NCBI GenBank assembly: GCA_964016885.1
Contig: OZ024743.1
Coordinates: 17,980,001-18,044,000 of the forward strand
Length of the DNA: 64,000 nucleotides
Direction: 5' to 3'
Source: Eledone cirrhosa
Taxonomy: Eukaryota
In this document: one piece after another, positions 39,201 to 51,967 of the stretch
How positions within the stretch are numbered: position 1 is the first letter of the stretch
How the letters are laid out: every line of letters begins with the position of its first letter
Made by a program: the position numbers and the translations under genes
Notes under the pieces: generated by a model
Database searches by the model: none
The model's input: only the letters and a program-made list of their open reading frames with translations
Told to the model about the DNA's origin: nothing

Positions 39201-39984
39201 CTCCACATTTTCTAAAATCTATATTTACGCTTGCTCACATTCGCTGGAGCTTGATTCGATACCCCTATCCACTCTTACAACTACTTTGTCCGCTATCATA
39301 TGCGCGCGTGCATTCTCCCTTCCAGTTTCATATGGTTTTATTACGGTCAGAAATACTCGCACACACTGTTTGTACAGAAGAAAACAACAAGCAAATAAAC
39401 GCGCGCTCGCACACACACGCATGCACAAGCATTCACTCGCACACACGCACACACAATTCCACTCATTCATATCCACACTAAATGAAAAAAGGATGTATAC
39501 TTTTCTGCAAGATATTGAGCGATTTTAAGTTTAGATTTGTTTAAGGATATTAAAAAGACATATGTATTACGTTAAAAGTTATTTCCAGATGTGTATGGGG
39601 ACAGGGTAGATAGTGGGATGGATGTCGGGAGAAACAATGGAAAATGAAAAACAACATTCTTACTAAGTGATGGCGGGAAATATAGACGCACCGAAATGTT
39701 TAGAATAGGAGTGCTAAATAATATGTATTATCAATCATAGCGGCAAATAATTAAAATTGTTCACGTATTTGAACGACAGTTATATGCAATTAGTTTGTTA
39801 ATCTGAAAATTGCAATAATAAATCAATATAGAAAAAATATTTGGTATATTCAAATCGGTGTAATTAGTATAATTTTGATTTGTTCTTTTCCCCACAAGCC
39901 GAATTATAATTTACGCAGAAATGACTATAAAGTGAAATATTTGACACATCATATACCAACAAATGAGGCAAACATTTGATTCGA

Positions 39985-40200
39985 AATCGAGCTGAGCTGG
40001 CCAGCCGCAGGTGTGAGCCTCGCGAGTTGGAATGTCTCTTCCAGCGAATCTCCCTTGCCGTCCTCAGAGGTAACGCCTACTTCATTCTGACCACCGGGGC
40101 TGTGGGAAGGCGATCAATATGATTAACTGACTTGTCATTTAATCATTTTTCAGTTACTGCAAGGGAAGTAACCATTTTATTACAAATATCATAATAAACA
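39985..40200 (+). mobile_element. CRE-like non-LTR retrotransposon 3' end
   Basis: EPRELECLFQRISLAVLRGNAYFIL resembles the CRE C-terminal LFQRLS.AIQRGNA motif; AATAAA near 40193. Confidence 0.65.
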
Positions 40201-40489
40201 TTTAAAAGTGTATTAGTTTCATCCACTTCGGAATACCTAATTCCTAGGTTATTGATGCCGATATTCACATGATTCTAAAGGTTATAACATCAGATTTCGT
40301 ATATAATTGGAATTTAAGAAATAATAACTTTGTAGACAACAGGAATTTGTGAACAATTAATAAATAAACGGATTTGCCTGGTAAAAAAAAGATACTCGGT
40401 CACTTACACACACACACTCACATATACATACACACAGACACATGCACGCATTCACACACACACATATATATATAATATATATATATGTG

Positions 40490-40704
40490 AGATGTGAGAA
40501 AAACCACAGAACCTCCATCTCAACTCTACTTTTGAAAAGCAGAAGAACTGCGAAACCGGTAAAGGAACCAAATAAATATATATATATATATTTTAAATAA
40601 GACCCCAGTTGCATTTTCGATTTCATCTCCGTTTTCTTTATACTTTAAGTCGTGTAGGACACCTCGGTTATTTTTCATTTTGTAAAACAACCTCACTTTC
40701 TAAT
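40490..40704 (+). mobile_element. Solo family A PLE pseudo-LTR with U3-A8 HHR motif (40529..40564) and full tail
   Basis: Homologous to the other family A copies; TA-rich flanks. Confidence 0.85.
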
Positions 40705-40984
40705 ATATATATATATTTACGTATATAATAAACAAATAAAATATTATCGCTCTACATGGCTGAATACAATACATGTAATCTGAGTTTTTCGAATATTAAT
40801 AATAATATTCGATTCGTTTGCAATTATGCAAGCATACCCTTTTTTAAAGCAATGTCAGTAGAATGACCCCCCTCGTGCTTTCTCTTGTGTTGGTATGTAA
40901 ATAGAACTGCAGACACTAATGTTTCTGCTTATCACCCTCCAGCAGTACAGTGATGAAAGTTGAAACCCAGCAATGCGAAGGGAC

Positions 40985-41230
40985 TAACTAATGTGTGCTG
41001 CAAATTTCGAGGAAATCGGCCGGATTATCTAAATAATCCGAAAAATGCCTAAAAGATGCGGTTTTTTGCCTAATGCTAGGTGATAAAAAGTAAAATGTTT
41101 AGCCCATTTCACTTCTAGAAATATAAGTAACGAATGTGTAAAGTTTGAAAAAACCGCTCGGGTACTTCTCAAGTTTTAGGGATTTACACAGACAGACATC
41201 CTCTGTTTTCCCATTTATTATTACTACTAT
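40985..41230 (+). mobile_element. Possible non-autonomous Helitron-like repeat end
   Basis: tgtgtaaagtttgaaa..cgctcg..caagtt..acagacagaca pattern resembles such elements; resemblance only. Confidence 0.35.
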
Positions 41231-41705
41231 ATATATATATATATTTTTTTTTTTTCTCCGCTGTGACCCGTCTGTTTCTTTCTTACTGCTTCCCTTTTCT
41301 CTGAATCCCTCACTTTCTTTTTACCACCTCTGCCAGTCACTCTCTCAGTTAGCCTCTTCCTCACACTTTCACTCACTCACTCTCTGCTACTCCCTCACTT
41401 CCTCCCGTTTGACCTGTGGAGAAATCCTTGTCTCGCTCACATTTCACCCCGGTTGGATGGTCGTTATCTCTCGTCTACGATTTCACAGAACTTATGTTAA
41501 TCGATTTCAGGGACTTGACTCCTTCTTCCTCACTTTTCGTTGCATTACCATCTTTGTTTGTTTACATGTCTTGCTCGTTTCACCCTATTTTACGTGTCCC
41601 AACGACTTTCGTTTGCCGTTGCTCGCACCAACCAGAGGTATATGATCTATAAAGCGATGAAATAACAATGAAGGCTGGAAGATCACTGATGAAGGACTAA
41701 TTTTA

Positions 41706-41771
<66 letters not shown>

Positions 41772-43387
41772 TATAGACACACATGTATATATGTACGCGT
41801 TTGAAGGCATTGAAATAGCAATGGTAGTATCGTGAATTCGAGTAGTGAACTGAGCTTCGTGATGTTTTTTGTAAAAACACTATTTTCGTTGCTCAAGTGT
41901 ACGCAGCTGTAGAAATGAATTGCGACGTCACAGGGGCTAAGCTGGATCGATCTATGACTATTCCTCGGACAACATTGTTGACGTGGAGATGGGGTGAGGG
42001 GAGACTAGCTTGCAGGGGCAACTGCTTTTTTTCCACAACACACCATGACCAGGCTTGGACCTCGGAGATGATAGTTCTAGGTGCAATTTTAAATGCATTC
42101 GTGAAGGTGCCTTACAATATATATGTGTATGTATGACTCTGTATTTCTTCCTATCCAAATGAAAACTTACATTCAAATGAAAACTTACATGTTTCTATAA
42201 AAATTAAAAGGTGCAGATTAAACCTTGTCAAATATATGTCTTTCAAACCTAATGACAAACTCTTTGGAATGCGGTCATAAAAGTGGGGTACACGATTGTC
42301 AGATGTATATACGTATATATGCTGTGGCTTTATATGCCACTCTTAAAATATTGATTTATTTGTCCGAGGTCTAACACATTTATTCATGTTCTAATAGTAT
42401 ATATATATATATTTAATATTGAAACAACATATAAGTCTTTCATTAATGTATATGTTGCTTCAGACAATGTTATAAACATTTTTTTTTTAAATATAATTTA
42501 TAGAATAAACACTGTCCTGTGTATAGTTGTTCGCATTGTTAAAGAGTTGATTTTGAATGTATTAGTAATGATAATGTTATTGAATGGATCGGAAATTTAA
42601 ATTTATTTAATCCGATTAGTTGCTGATATTTCGAAATTAAGAGAGAAAAATCAATGCCAATATATCAGTTCTGTGTACACGAACAAATTGAATCAGACAT
42701 ATGAATTATCTGAAATACGAAATGTTTCATACACCGAAATTGAATTGGATGGGATCCAAGTAAATACACAAATATATCAGTAATAGCGACGGAATGAAAG
42801 AGACGGTAATCAGAGGCTGGAGAAGGTACTAACTGTTTTCACATGGGAAGATACAGAAATGAGACAAATGGAAATCTAGCCTAATCTAAATTGATAGATC
42901 AGCCTGATTAAGGGCGTGATTCGGAGGAAAGGTTACCTCGTATATTATTATGTTGACTCCTCACCCAAACATAAGCGTAGAGGTGTATGTCCCAATGATA
43001 TTTGAAAATATACACAATCACACATGCATGTCAACACACACAGATGCAGTTATTTATGATAGTGTAGTATTCATGCATAAAATATGTATATTTATGAATA
43101 TACACACACAGCACACACAATCATGCTGTCGCAAAGGCTGGAAGAAATATTCAATAAATGAAACAGTCGGCGCTTGAATTTGGCTGAGAATTTCACAGAC
43201 AAGAGCGTTCATAACAATTCACAGATTGGTTAAGCATGATATGACAAGGTGCTCGTATGAAGTAGAAGCGCAATTCATGTGAACCTCAGTGGAATCGGAC
43301 AACGTGAAATACAATGTCTTGGTCTAGTGTAAAATGTGCCATATTGAATCAAACTCACGAACACACGTTATACGCACGCATACACAC

Positions 43388-43494
<107 letters not shown>

Positions 43495-44817
43495 CAAATG
43501 TCACTTTTTGCGATAGAGGGCCATCTCATCACAGTTTCCTGGTAATATTAACCACCACCAGCCGCAAGATGATATCCCGTTTGATATCTGAACAGGCTTT
43601 GTTTAGGTTACCTTTCCTAGACCCTTCCTGAAATGACAACGCTGTTAATTTGATTCTGAGGAACATTAACAGGAATAGTGTTGAACCTTTCCCTAGATAC
43701 CCCTTCAATATACTATTTCCATTCAGTATAAGATTGAAACACATAGATTTAACAATCCTGAGGATATGCTGTGGATATAGATATTTAATGTGTAATTAAT
43801 TCCTTATACGAAGCTTTCAAGTCAAAGCCTTGTCTAATTATTTAATTATCAATTGTTTACGGAATGGAACGAAATGGCAAGTCTTATTATATAGAATAAT
43901 CTGACGTATACAGGCTTCACACATGTATATGTTATTTGAAAATACTCTCTCTCTCTCTCACGCACACACACAGGCGCACACACATATGTATATATGTATA
44001 TATATATATTGTGTTCCGTCACTTACTCCACTATACAGAGTTTGGCTTATGAAAGACGCTGTTGTGACCCCGGGTATAATAGTAGTACCGTTAGTAGGGT
44101 TTGGAAATGGCAAAGTCCACCTCTAGAGCCGATGAACCTAATGTTCTGTGTATTTCTTTTGCATTTTCTTTTTTTAATTTCTCAACGTTCCCCTTAAAAA
44201 CTTTCATTTTAACTTGTTTTCATCTGTTGACTTGTTCCCTCCAATGATTGTCTTCAGTTTATATTTAATAATCTGAGACTAACGGTTAATTCTTCTTCCC
44301 CCGTAATTTAAATGGCTTACATTTTTTAACACATTTTACTTTTTTTCTTTTTGATATGTTTTATCACCGTTTTCCTTTCATTCATTTGGTTTCGTTCCAG
44401 AGATGTTCGTGCTTTAAGAGGCACCATAGTTTTCCTTGACGTCACATAAATTTAAATGTGTACTTGTTATAGATTTTAGTAAAGATTATTCAAGGAATTA
44501 TGCAAGACGATCTGCGTACCCAAGAATATAATCATTATAATGAACTGCACGTCCCCAATTTATAATTTGCTTCATTTATTTACTATACAATTGTTGGTAT
44601 ATATATATATATATTTCGATTTTAACTTTTAAGCAGCACTTATGACCTCTTTCGACAGCTATTAGCCTAACATAAAAAAAACATGAAAACGACATAAAAA
44701 TTACGTTTGTGGTTTCAATTCATTGAAATGTGTTGGTGCTTTGAGAAAGCAACACCAATGAAGTAAATTCTAATCTGGTAACTTGTACATTATAATACAT
44801 ATATATATCTATATATA

Positions 44818-45139
44818 TTACAAAGTCAGGTTTTTTACAAAATGAAAAATAACCGACGTGTCCTACACGAGTGAAAGTATAAAGAAAAAAAGATGAAATC
44901 GAAAATGCAACTGGAGTCTTATTTTTTTTTTAAATATGTGTATTTATTTGGTTCCTTTACCGGTTTCGCTGTTCTTCTGCTTTTCAAAAGTAGAGTTTAG
45001 ATGGAGGGTCTGTACAGACCCTCCATCTCAACTCTACTTTTGAAAAGCAGAGGAACTGCGAAACCGGTAAAGGAACAGAATAAATATATATATATATTTT
45101 AAACAAGACTCCAGTTGCATTTTCGATTTCATCCTTTTT
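44818..45139. mobile_element. Family A pseudo-LTR zero-loop palindrome with two HHR motifs (44955..44990 minus, 45037..45072 plus)
   Basis: Axis gggtctgt|acagaccc at 45013/45014; arms ~126 bp; left arm has an extra ~68-nt tail. Confidence 0.9.
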
Positions 45140-46560
45140 GAAGGAATAATACCACGCGTTCGGCCCGCATCCTGTATCATGATAAGAACATATTTTTCGC
45201 AAAAACTATTGGATTTTTCCAAATCTAAAGGTTTATTAGGAACTTTCGATGCTTAGTTTAGGTTTTGCTGTCTTAAGAGCATAGGCTATCCACACTGATC
45301 GTCCCCAGTAAAATATGTATTGCGGAGTTTTAAATAAACCGGAATAAACTGAATATGTTCTACGACCTTTATCAAAATATATGTATGCATATACATACTC
45401 ACACACACATATATATATATATATATATAAAGAGAGAGAGAAAGAGAGTGAGAGAGCGCGAGAGAGAAAGGATGAGTGTTTTTGTGTTTGCTTGTTTGCC
45501 TGTGTATGTGTATCTTGCTGAAATGATATTGTAAATGTATATCCTCAGTGTTCTATTTTGTTATCTCATATATTTAAACGAACACTTTTAGAATTTTCTC
45601 CGGAAAAATTATTAAGAATTTGAGTATTTCAAAGAAGCAAAACCAGGGAGAAGAATTTATTTTATCCTCATCCAAACGACAATGAATATATGTTCAAAGT
45701 GTTGCACCCAATCTACTCGTATACGTAAATTTGTTACCAGCAATACTTCTATTAACGTCGATGAATTTAAGAATCAGAAGGTCCAACATTTCTCCTACCA
45801 ATCAAATAATGCAAATATATTTCTATCCTAACGGCACTTGAAATTCACAATGAGAATTAACGAATGAAATAGTTTTCTTAATGCCATTTAAGCTTGTTGA
45901 AGCGTATACTTTTTTTAAATATTTGCGAGTGTCTGTAATATTACCAATATGTCAATCTTATTAATGGAATATTGCCAGCAAGTGTATATAGTGATATAAA
46001 TCAGTTTCCTAAAGTTGCTTGGATTTAAGAAGTCATATAGATATATTGTAAAATTTAATATTCAGCACAAGCAAATATATGTTACCATATATATTTAAAT
46101 TTGAACAACAATGAATAATGTCTATAATTAAGGCTACTTGCGGTGATGGTAAAATGTTGAAGGTTTTTCAAAAATTATATTCTCAAATGGAATTTCAAGT
46201 TTGAAAATGACAAATCATCAACGGCTCCATCAACATTTGGAAAAAGAGTACTATTCACGCTATTCTTATCAACTTTCTCTGCTTTAAAATATTCGATGTT
46301 AACGTTGCATTCCCAGATAATTCAAATCATTAAAATGAATAAAAATATTACCAACTTACCAGCGTATACACAGACTTTCTTTTAGCAGCAATCAATTCAT
46401 TCTGTATTAAAGTATAATTGACCGAATTTGATATGAAGTAACTGAAAGAAAACTAAAGAGCGTAGTATTTCATCTGTTAACTAATGACTTAACAACTTTC
46501 CCAGATATAGTTAGAAGTTTTAAATATTTTCCTCCAAATATATCCTATTTATAGATAGGT

Positions 46561-47240
46561 ACTTTCCTAGGAGAGATATACCATCAGACAACGTGGATGG
46601 CCGCAAACACAATCATCGGTTCCAGTTACGCCAATTTATTCATCGGCAGTGTTCAGACTATGTTGAGTCCCAAATACTTTCCTAATATAACGGCCCCATG
46701 TTTGAGATATTCAGACGTTACACTGACGATTGCATCGGCACCACCTCACTGACAAGAGGACGACTTGACTACATCGACTCATTCTCATGTGAATTCCCCC
46801 CCCATCACTTCCTATCACCTCCATCACGTCTACCTTATTTAAACCTGTTGTTACCTATGCTTAAATTGACTTCACCTCACCACATATCACTCACTCCATC
46901 CCTATTCCCAATTCCTTCGTCTCCGCCGTCTGTGCAATCAAACTCATGGCTTTTAGGCTCAGGCACATTACATGGTTAGATATTTCAACCGGTGACTATA
47001 TCCCCTACCCTAATATAATCCGGCCTCATCCGTTCTCGTAGAATCGACCGCACATCCCCTCTTACACAACTCCACCGTTCCACCACGCGGCGGCTAACTG
47101 TTTCTTAGGCTACCACCATTCCACCTTGCATTTCCAGTGGGCAACCCTCCAACTCTTCCACCATGTCCCGTTCGATCCATCCGTCTCTCGCAATTCCCCC
47201 TCCCATTACTCCTTTATTTTCAACATTAAGAACCATAGAG
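46561..47240 (+). mobile_element. Decayed PLE reverse transcriptase fragment
   Basis: TFLGEIYHQ..GSSYANLFIGSVQ, FRRYTDDCIG, SIPYSQFLRLRRLC. Confidence 0.8.
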
Positions 47241-48042
47241 TGAAGCATTAATATCTGACGATTTTTAACATATTAACGATTTTTAACATATTACACTATT
47301 GAATGATATAGACAATTGGAATGCTGAATTTAATAGAGAATATCCAATTGAAAAGCCAGAATATGCATAATATTATGCAGCGTCGGTGGTAGTAGAACTT
47401 GAGATATCATGTTATTTGATAACGCCTACGTTGATACAACAGAAAACTTAGTTGTTTCAGTAATCACCCGCAGAAATACGCTGGAGTGATGACATTTCTG
47501 ATTGTTTTCTAATGCGACACTAAATAGGAATCGAGATTATTAATCAATATATATGTTCCGGATTCTCTTTGGCAAATATATTGTACATTTTGAGATAAAC
47601 ATATTAAAACAAGCTTAAAATGTCCCGATATCCATATAATGTTCTCCTTATTACACAAGGATATTTAGCTTTAGTTTATTTAGAAGGGTTTCCAAGTACT
47701 TCATGAGGAGTGCATCTTTCGACTATACAATGTACGATGTATCATAGCATTGTAACAAAACATGGGCCGAATCGATTTCACATTACAGACATGTTCCCTG
47801 TAAGTTTGAATGAAGAGAAATAGAAACGTATTACTTCTCATTCGATTGATAATTATATATTCTACGAAGCGAAATTTAAACACTGCTAGTACGGAGATTT
47901 CATATTGATATTTGACACTGAGGAGGTTAGCGTAACCCCAAAGATGTATAATAATATTTCTTCATTCAAATAATAAGTCTTCTCTCTTAAATGGTCTTAT
48001 GAAATGTTTCCATGCAATTTGAGTAATACGGTACTTGATATG

Positions 48043-48133
<91 letters not shown>

Positions 48134-48843
48134 TCACTTTCAATCTCTTTCTCATTCATATATATATATATATGTGTGTGCATGTGTGTGTGTGTTTAGG
48201 CTGTGTGTGTGTACCTCTGTGGCAGCATCAATCTTTACAGAAAATAGCCGTAATAAAATATCGTCCTAAATGAACCCGAGCATTTCTCCTTACATGAAGC
48301 GCATGAAGAGACAAGGAAAGAAACTTTAAGGACGCTGTTCCTATTTTCATATATCATTAGATTCGGCCAATATCGTTCAGAAAGTGGTTGAATAATTGCT
48401 CTTCTATTACAATAAACACCTAACAATAAATCTTCTGTAAGTATGAAGGTGTAATTGCAGAAACTACACAACACACCAAACAGAACATGTAAATAGAAGC
48501 AAATGTACGGGTAACATATATGTCGACAGAATTCTAAACATGAGTAAATGTTTCGCTGTGGAATTTACACTAATATTGAAATATAATTGTAGGATCAATA
48601 TTCATTATAATAATAGTCACACAAAAAGTGTGCATAAGTACTGAACATGTGAGGTACAAGTATGAGTCTAAATGTGACGAGTTGGTCCATAGAATATTGG
48701 TTAAATATGGCCGAAATGCCAGCAATAGTTTAAAATATAACTAACTACCTGTAACGAAAGCACCAGTAAATCTGAGCCAGCATCACTCATAGTGATGAGA
48801 ACGTAATGGCTATGAATATTCAATTTGTTTGGATGTAAATAAT

Positions 48844-48962
48844 TGTTTCTATTTTAGGCACAAGGCCAGCAATTATCCAGTGCATTACTGGTACTTTATT
48901 TTATCGACCCCGTAAGGATGAAAGGCAAAGTGAACCTCGGCGGGATTTAAACTCAGATCGTA
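48844..48962 (-). mobile_element. tRNA SINE, 5'-truncated, 18-bp TSD
   Basis: TSD tgtttggatgtaaataat at 48826..48843 and 48963..48980. Confidence 0.9.
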
Positions 48963-50001
48963 TGTTTGGATGTAAATAATGCATAAGCGTCAGAAATGTC
49001 TGATTTAAAAGTGATATTGGCATCGTTGTCCTCCTCGATGGAAAATCTAAATGAGTGTGTCCCCTGAAGGAGGTGTGCCACTATCAGCTGATACCTTCAT
49101 TGAATCTCCAGCCATCGAAATTATTCGTCCAAGAAGTGCAGATATGTTAGGTATACCACGCTAATATGCCAAACGAGAATGTGATGTGGACGTATCGAAA
49201 GGGAGAGGAATGTATTATATACGTCTAAAGGAAATCATTCACTAAAGCTTACTTTTAAATGGATATGTGTCTACATAAAATATCTGCTTTCCACGAAATT
49301 TTTTGTGAGGCGCTTGAAAGGTGCAAACATTGTCAGAATGAATGTGTCCATCCTGAGATATTTCTCCTGTAGTTTTGTTATTTCATTTTTATTCGATCAC
49401 AAATAATACGTTCCAGTAATTTAAATTATTTTCGTCAAAATATATAATTGGTACAATGAAATGTTTAAATGCTTTTTTGCAGTGATGCCATAAAAAAGCT
49501 ACAGGCACTGTATCAATTCTAAACCTATGATAATCACATGGCGTATCATAGATATATTTTGTATCGAATATTTATTAGTGTTAATATCCAACTCATACAC
49601 ACAATATACTCACCATAACAAAATAATGAACGATTTCATTGAATACTATTTCTATCAACTTAATAATATTTATGAACATCAGGTTCTAGGACATAACGAT
49701 ACATGTACGGTTGTCGATTTGTTTTCTTCTAGATGTAGACCTTGAGCTGTTTCCTTTTCTTGCCATATATAGAGATGTCAAGAGTATAATTTTACATTCT
49801 GGCCATCCTCAATTTAAATGCGCTACACAATTAACGCAAGATATATAAATATGTATATATTGCATGATTGAAATTTTAATTCATTAGAGATAAGAGACAC
49901 ATCATGTTATCGTTACAGTAAAAATGTGAACATTTGGACATAATACAGTATAAGTATAAATAAAAAATCGATGTACGAATATCAACATAAATATAGATAA
50001 T

Positions 50002-50185
50002 TGTTTCTACTTTAGGCACAAGGCCAGCAATTATCCAGTGCATTACTGGTACTTTATTGTATCGACCCCGTAAGGATGAAAGGCAAAGTCAACCTCGGCG
50101 GGATTTGAACCCAGATCATAAAGGGACTTAACTATGCTGGAAAGCATGGCGTCCGACCCTCTACCGATACTGCCAATCCACCGCC
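50002..50185 (-). mobile_element. tRNA SINE, full length, 16-bp TSD
   Basis: TSD cataaatatagataat at 49986..50001 and 50186..50201; A and B boxes intact. Confidence 0.92.
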
Positions 50186-50243
50186 CATAAATATAGATAA
50201 TACCCATATATATATATACATATACATATATACATATATATAT

Positions 50244-50908
50244 GAATTCTCTATAGTTATATATATTATATAACTATATTTATCCCATTACAGAAACTAA
50301 TTAGTTGGAGTGAAAATTTTAGTAAGTAAGTTGATTTTTAATTTTTAAAATTTTCTTATTTTACGTCTTTCAAATAATTGTTCTGCATTCACCTGCCTAG
50401 AACCACATAGGTACTAAGACATAACTTATATATTTGCTAGCATGAGTGTACATCTGTACACATATGTTGGTAGATGTACTAATTCTCTATATTTATCTCC
50501 AAATTATTTGTTGAGCAAAACTTGCCAAAATTTACTGCTGTTTCATGGTAGTAGTAGGCTCTTGTCATAATACCACCCCGCTCCTAACTGATTAACCTCG
50601 GTGTCACGTGATTGATTCTTTAGAATCTGCCACTGACTTTGAGGCAGTGAAATTTTTTCAGTGTTCCGGAATTTAGTCCTCGCTAGCTTCATTCCATCTA
50701 CTGAATTATTATTTTTATATGGGTTCCTAGTGTCCGCGCATTGCCTGGGAACTTAGCTGAGAATAGACTCCCTGATGACGTAATAGATTCCCTATAGTTA
50801 TATATATTATGTAACTATATGTATCCCATTACAGAATCTAATTAGTTGGAGTGAAAATGTTAGTAAGTAAGTTGATTTTTAATTTTTAAAATTTTCTTAT
50901 TTTACGTC

Positions 50909-50913
<5 letters not shown>
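50244..50913 (+). mobile_element. Non-coding HHR element with ~129-bp terminal direct repeats (period 541), retrozyme-like
   Basis: 50244..50372 is repeated at 50785..50913; (TA)n on both sides; no ORF. Confidence 0.75.
50767..50852 (+). ncRNA. Type I hammerhead ribozyme motif (GUU site)
   Basis: ACTCC-CTGATGA-cGTAAT..ATTACa-GAAT-ctaatta-GTT-GGAGT. The upstream repeat keeps canonical GAAA (50293..50296) and the palindrome AACTAATTAGTT. Confidence 0.75.
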
Positions 50914-50965
<52 letters not shown>

Positions 50966-51399
50966 ATACTAATGGTGACAACATAAATAGGGGTCTCTGA
51001 AAATTGGAATTGACGAACAATTTCATATTCATGTATATGCTTATGATTATATATACATGAATATTCAATTATTTGTTTTATACTCCTTTTATGAAACGTG
51101 AAATACCCTAAACCGAACTGCTCTATCTAGTATTCACATTTACTTGCCGACCATCCTTCATGTACCTCCTTTCTTGCGAACTATATACCACGTGATGCGG
51201 GTTAATATATCGGTATAAGCAATTGAAGAAAAATAAGCAATTTATTATATCTATCTTTTATTAGAGTATTTTCAAAGCAGTCAAAGCTACATGTATTCGT
51301 TACTGAATAGTTCAATTTGAGGTAATTTAATGTGAGATATTTGATAAATTTGTAATTACGTCTTTCTTCTAGACGCAGGGTTGTTATGTAATATGCGAT

Positions 51400-51967
51400 T
51401 ATTGTAGGTTAACATGTGGTCACGCTGGAATCGCTGTGCACGTGAGAGGAGACCCGATTCTGGATTATCAAATGCACTTGTACCCTACGTTAAATCGTAT
51501 GGTGCTCATTAATTGTCTATGAATTTCGATTTATGTTTGTGTGTGTAGCTCGGCGGTGAACAGATGTGTCCACCATTTGATACATGCAATTTTACGACAG
51601 CTTAACCCCTCGACAGATGTTCTGCGCCAAGCAATGATCGTGAGGGAGCACTTTGAAAGTGAAATGTTTCCAAATGCACACAACCATCAGTCAATCGGGC
51701 AGTGCGATCTGGCGAAACTCAACCTTAACATTCTCTAGATGAGTTGTGGGGTGGCAAACCTACGACGTTCTAAGGGAGACGCTAGTGGTCGACAAATATC
51801 AGTTAGCCACACATTTACAGATAACTTTCAGTTCAAAGACGAAGAAATACTTCCAGATATTCTTGGATAGGCAGTGCTACAGATGAGATTTCCCAGTTCG
51901 TGATAAGATCTACAGGCATGGAATTGCCGTCAGCCGGGTGCGTCCGAGATGTGCACAGTGTGAAGAA
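51400..51967 (+). mobile_element. Older Tx1/L1 ORF2 3' fragment
   Basis: YDVLRETLVVD, QCYR, PVRDKIYRHG..PRCAQCEE are homologous to 61995..62560. Confidence 0.7.

Noticed and set aside
41685-41710. CTGATGAAGG just before a TA tract
   Set aside because: No GAAA or cleavage half follows; at most a truncated HHR.
47701-47830. Good minus-strand splice acceptor followed by a short open frame
   Set aside because: The peptide is unrecognisable and no partner exons were found; no host gene can be called.
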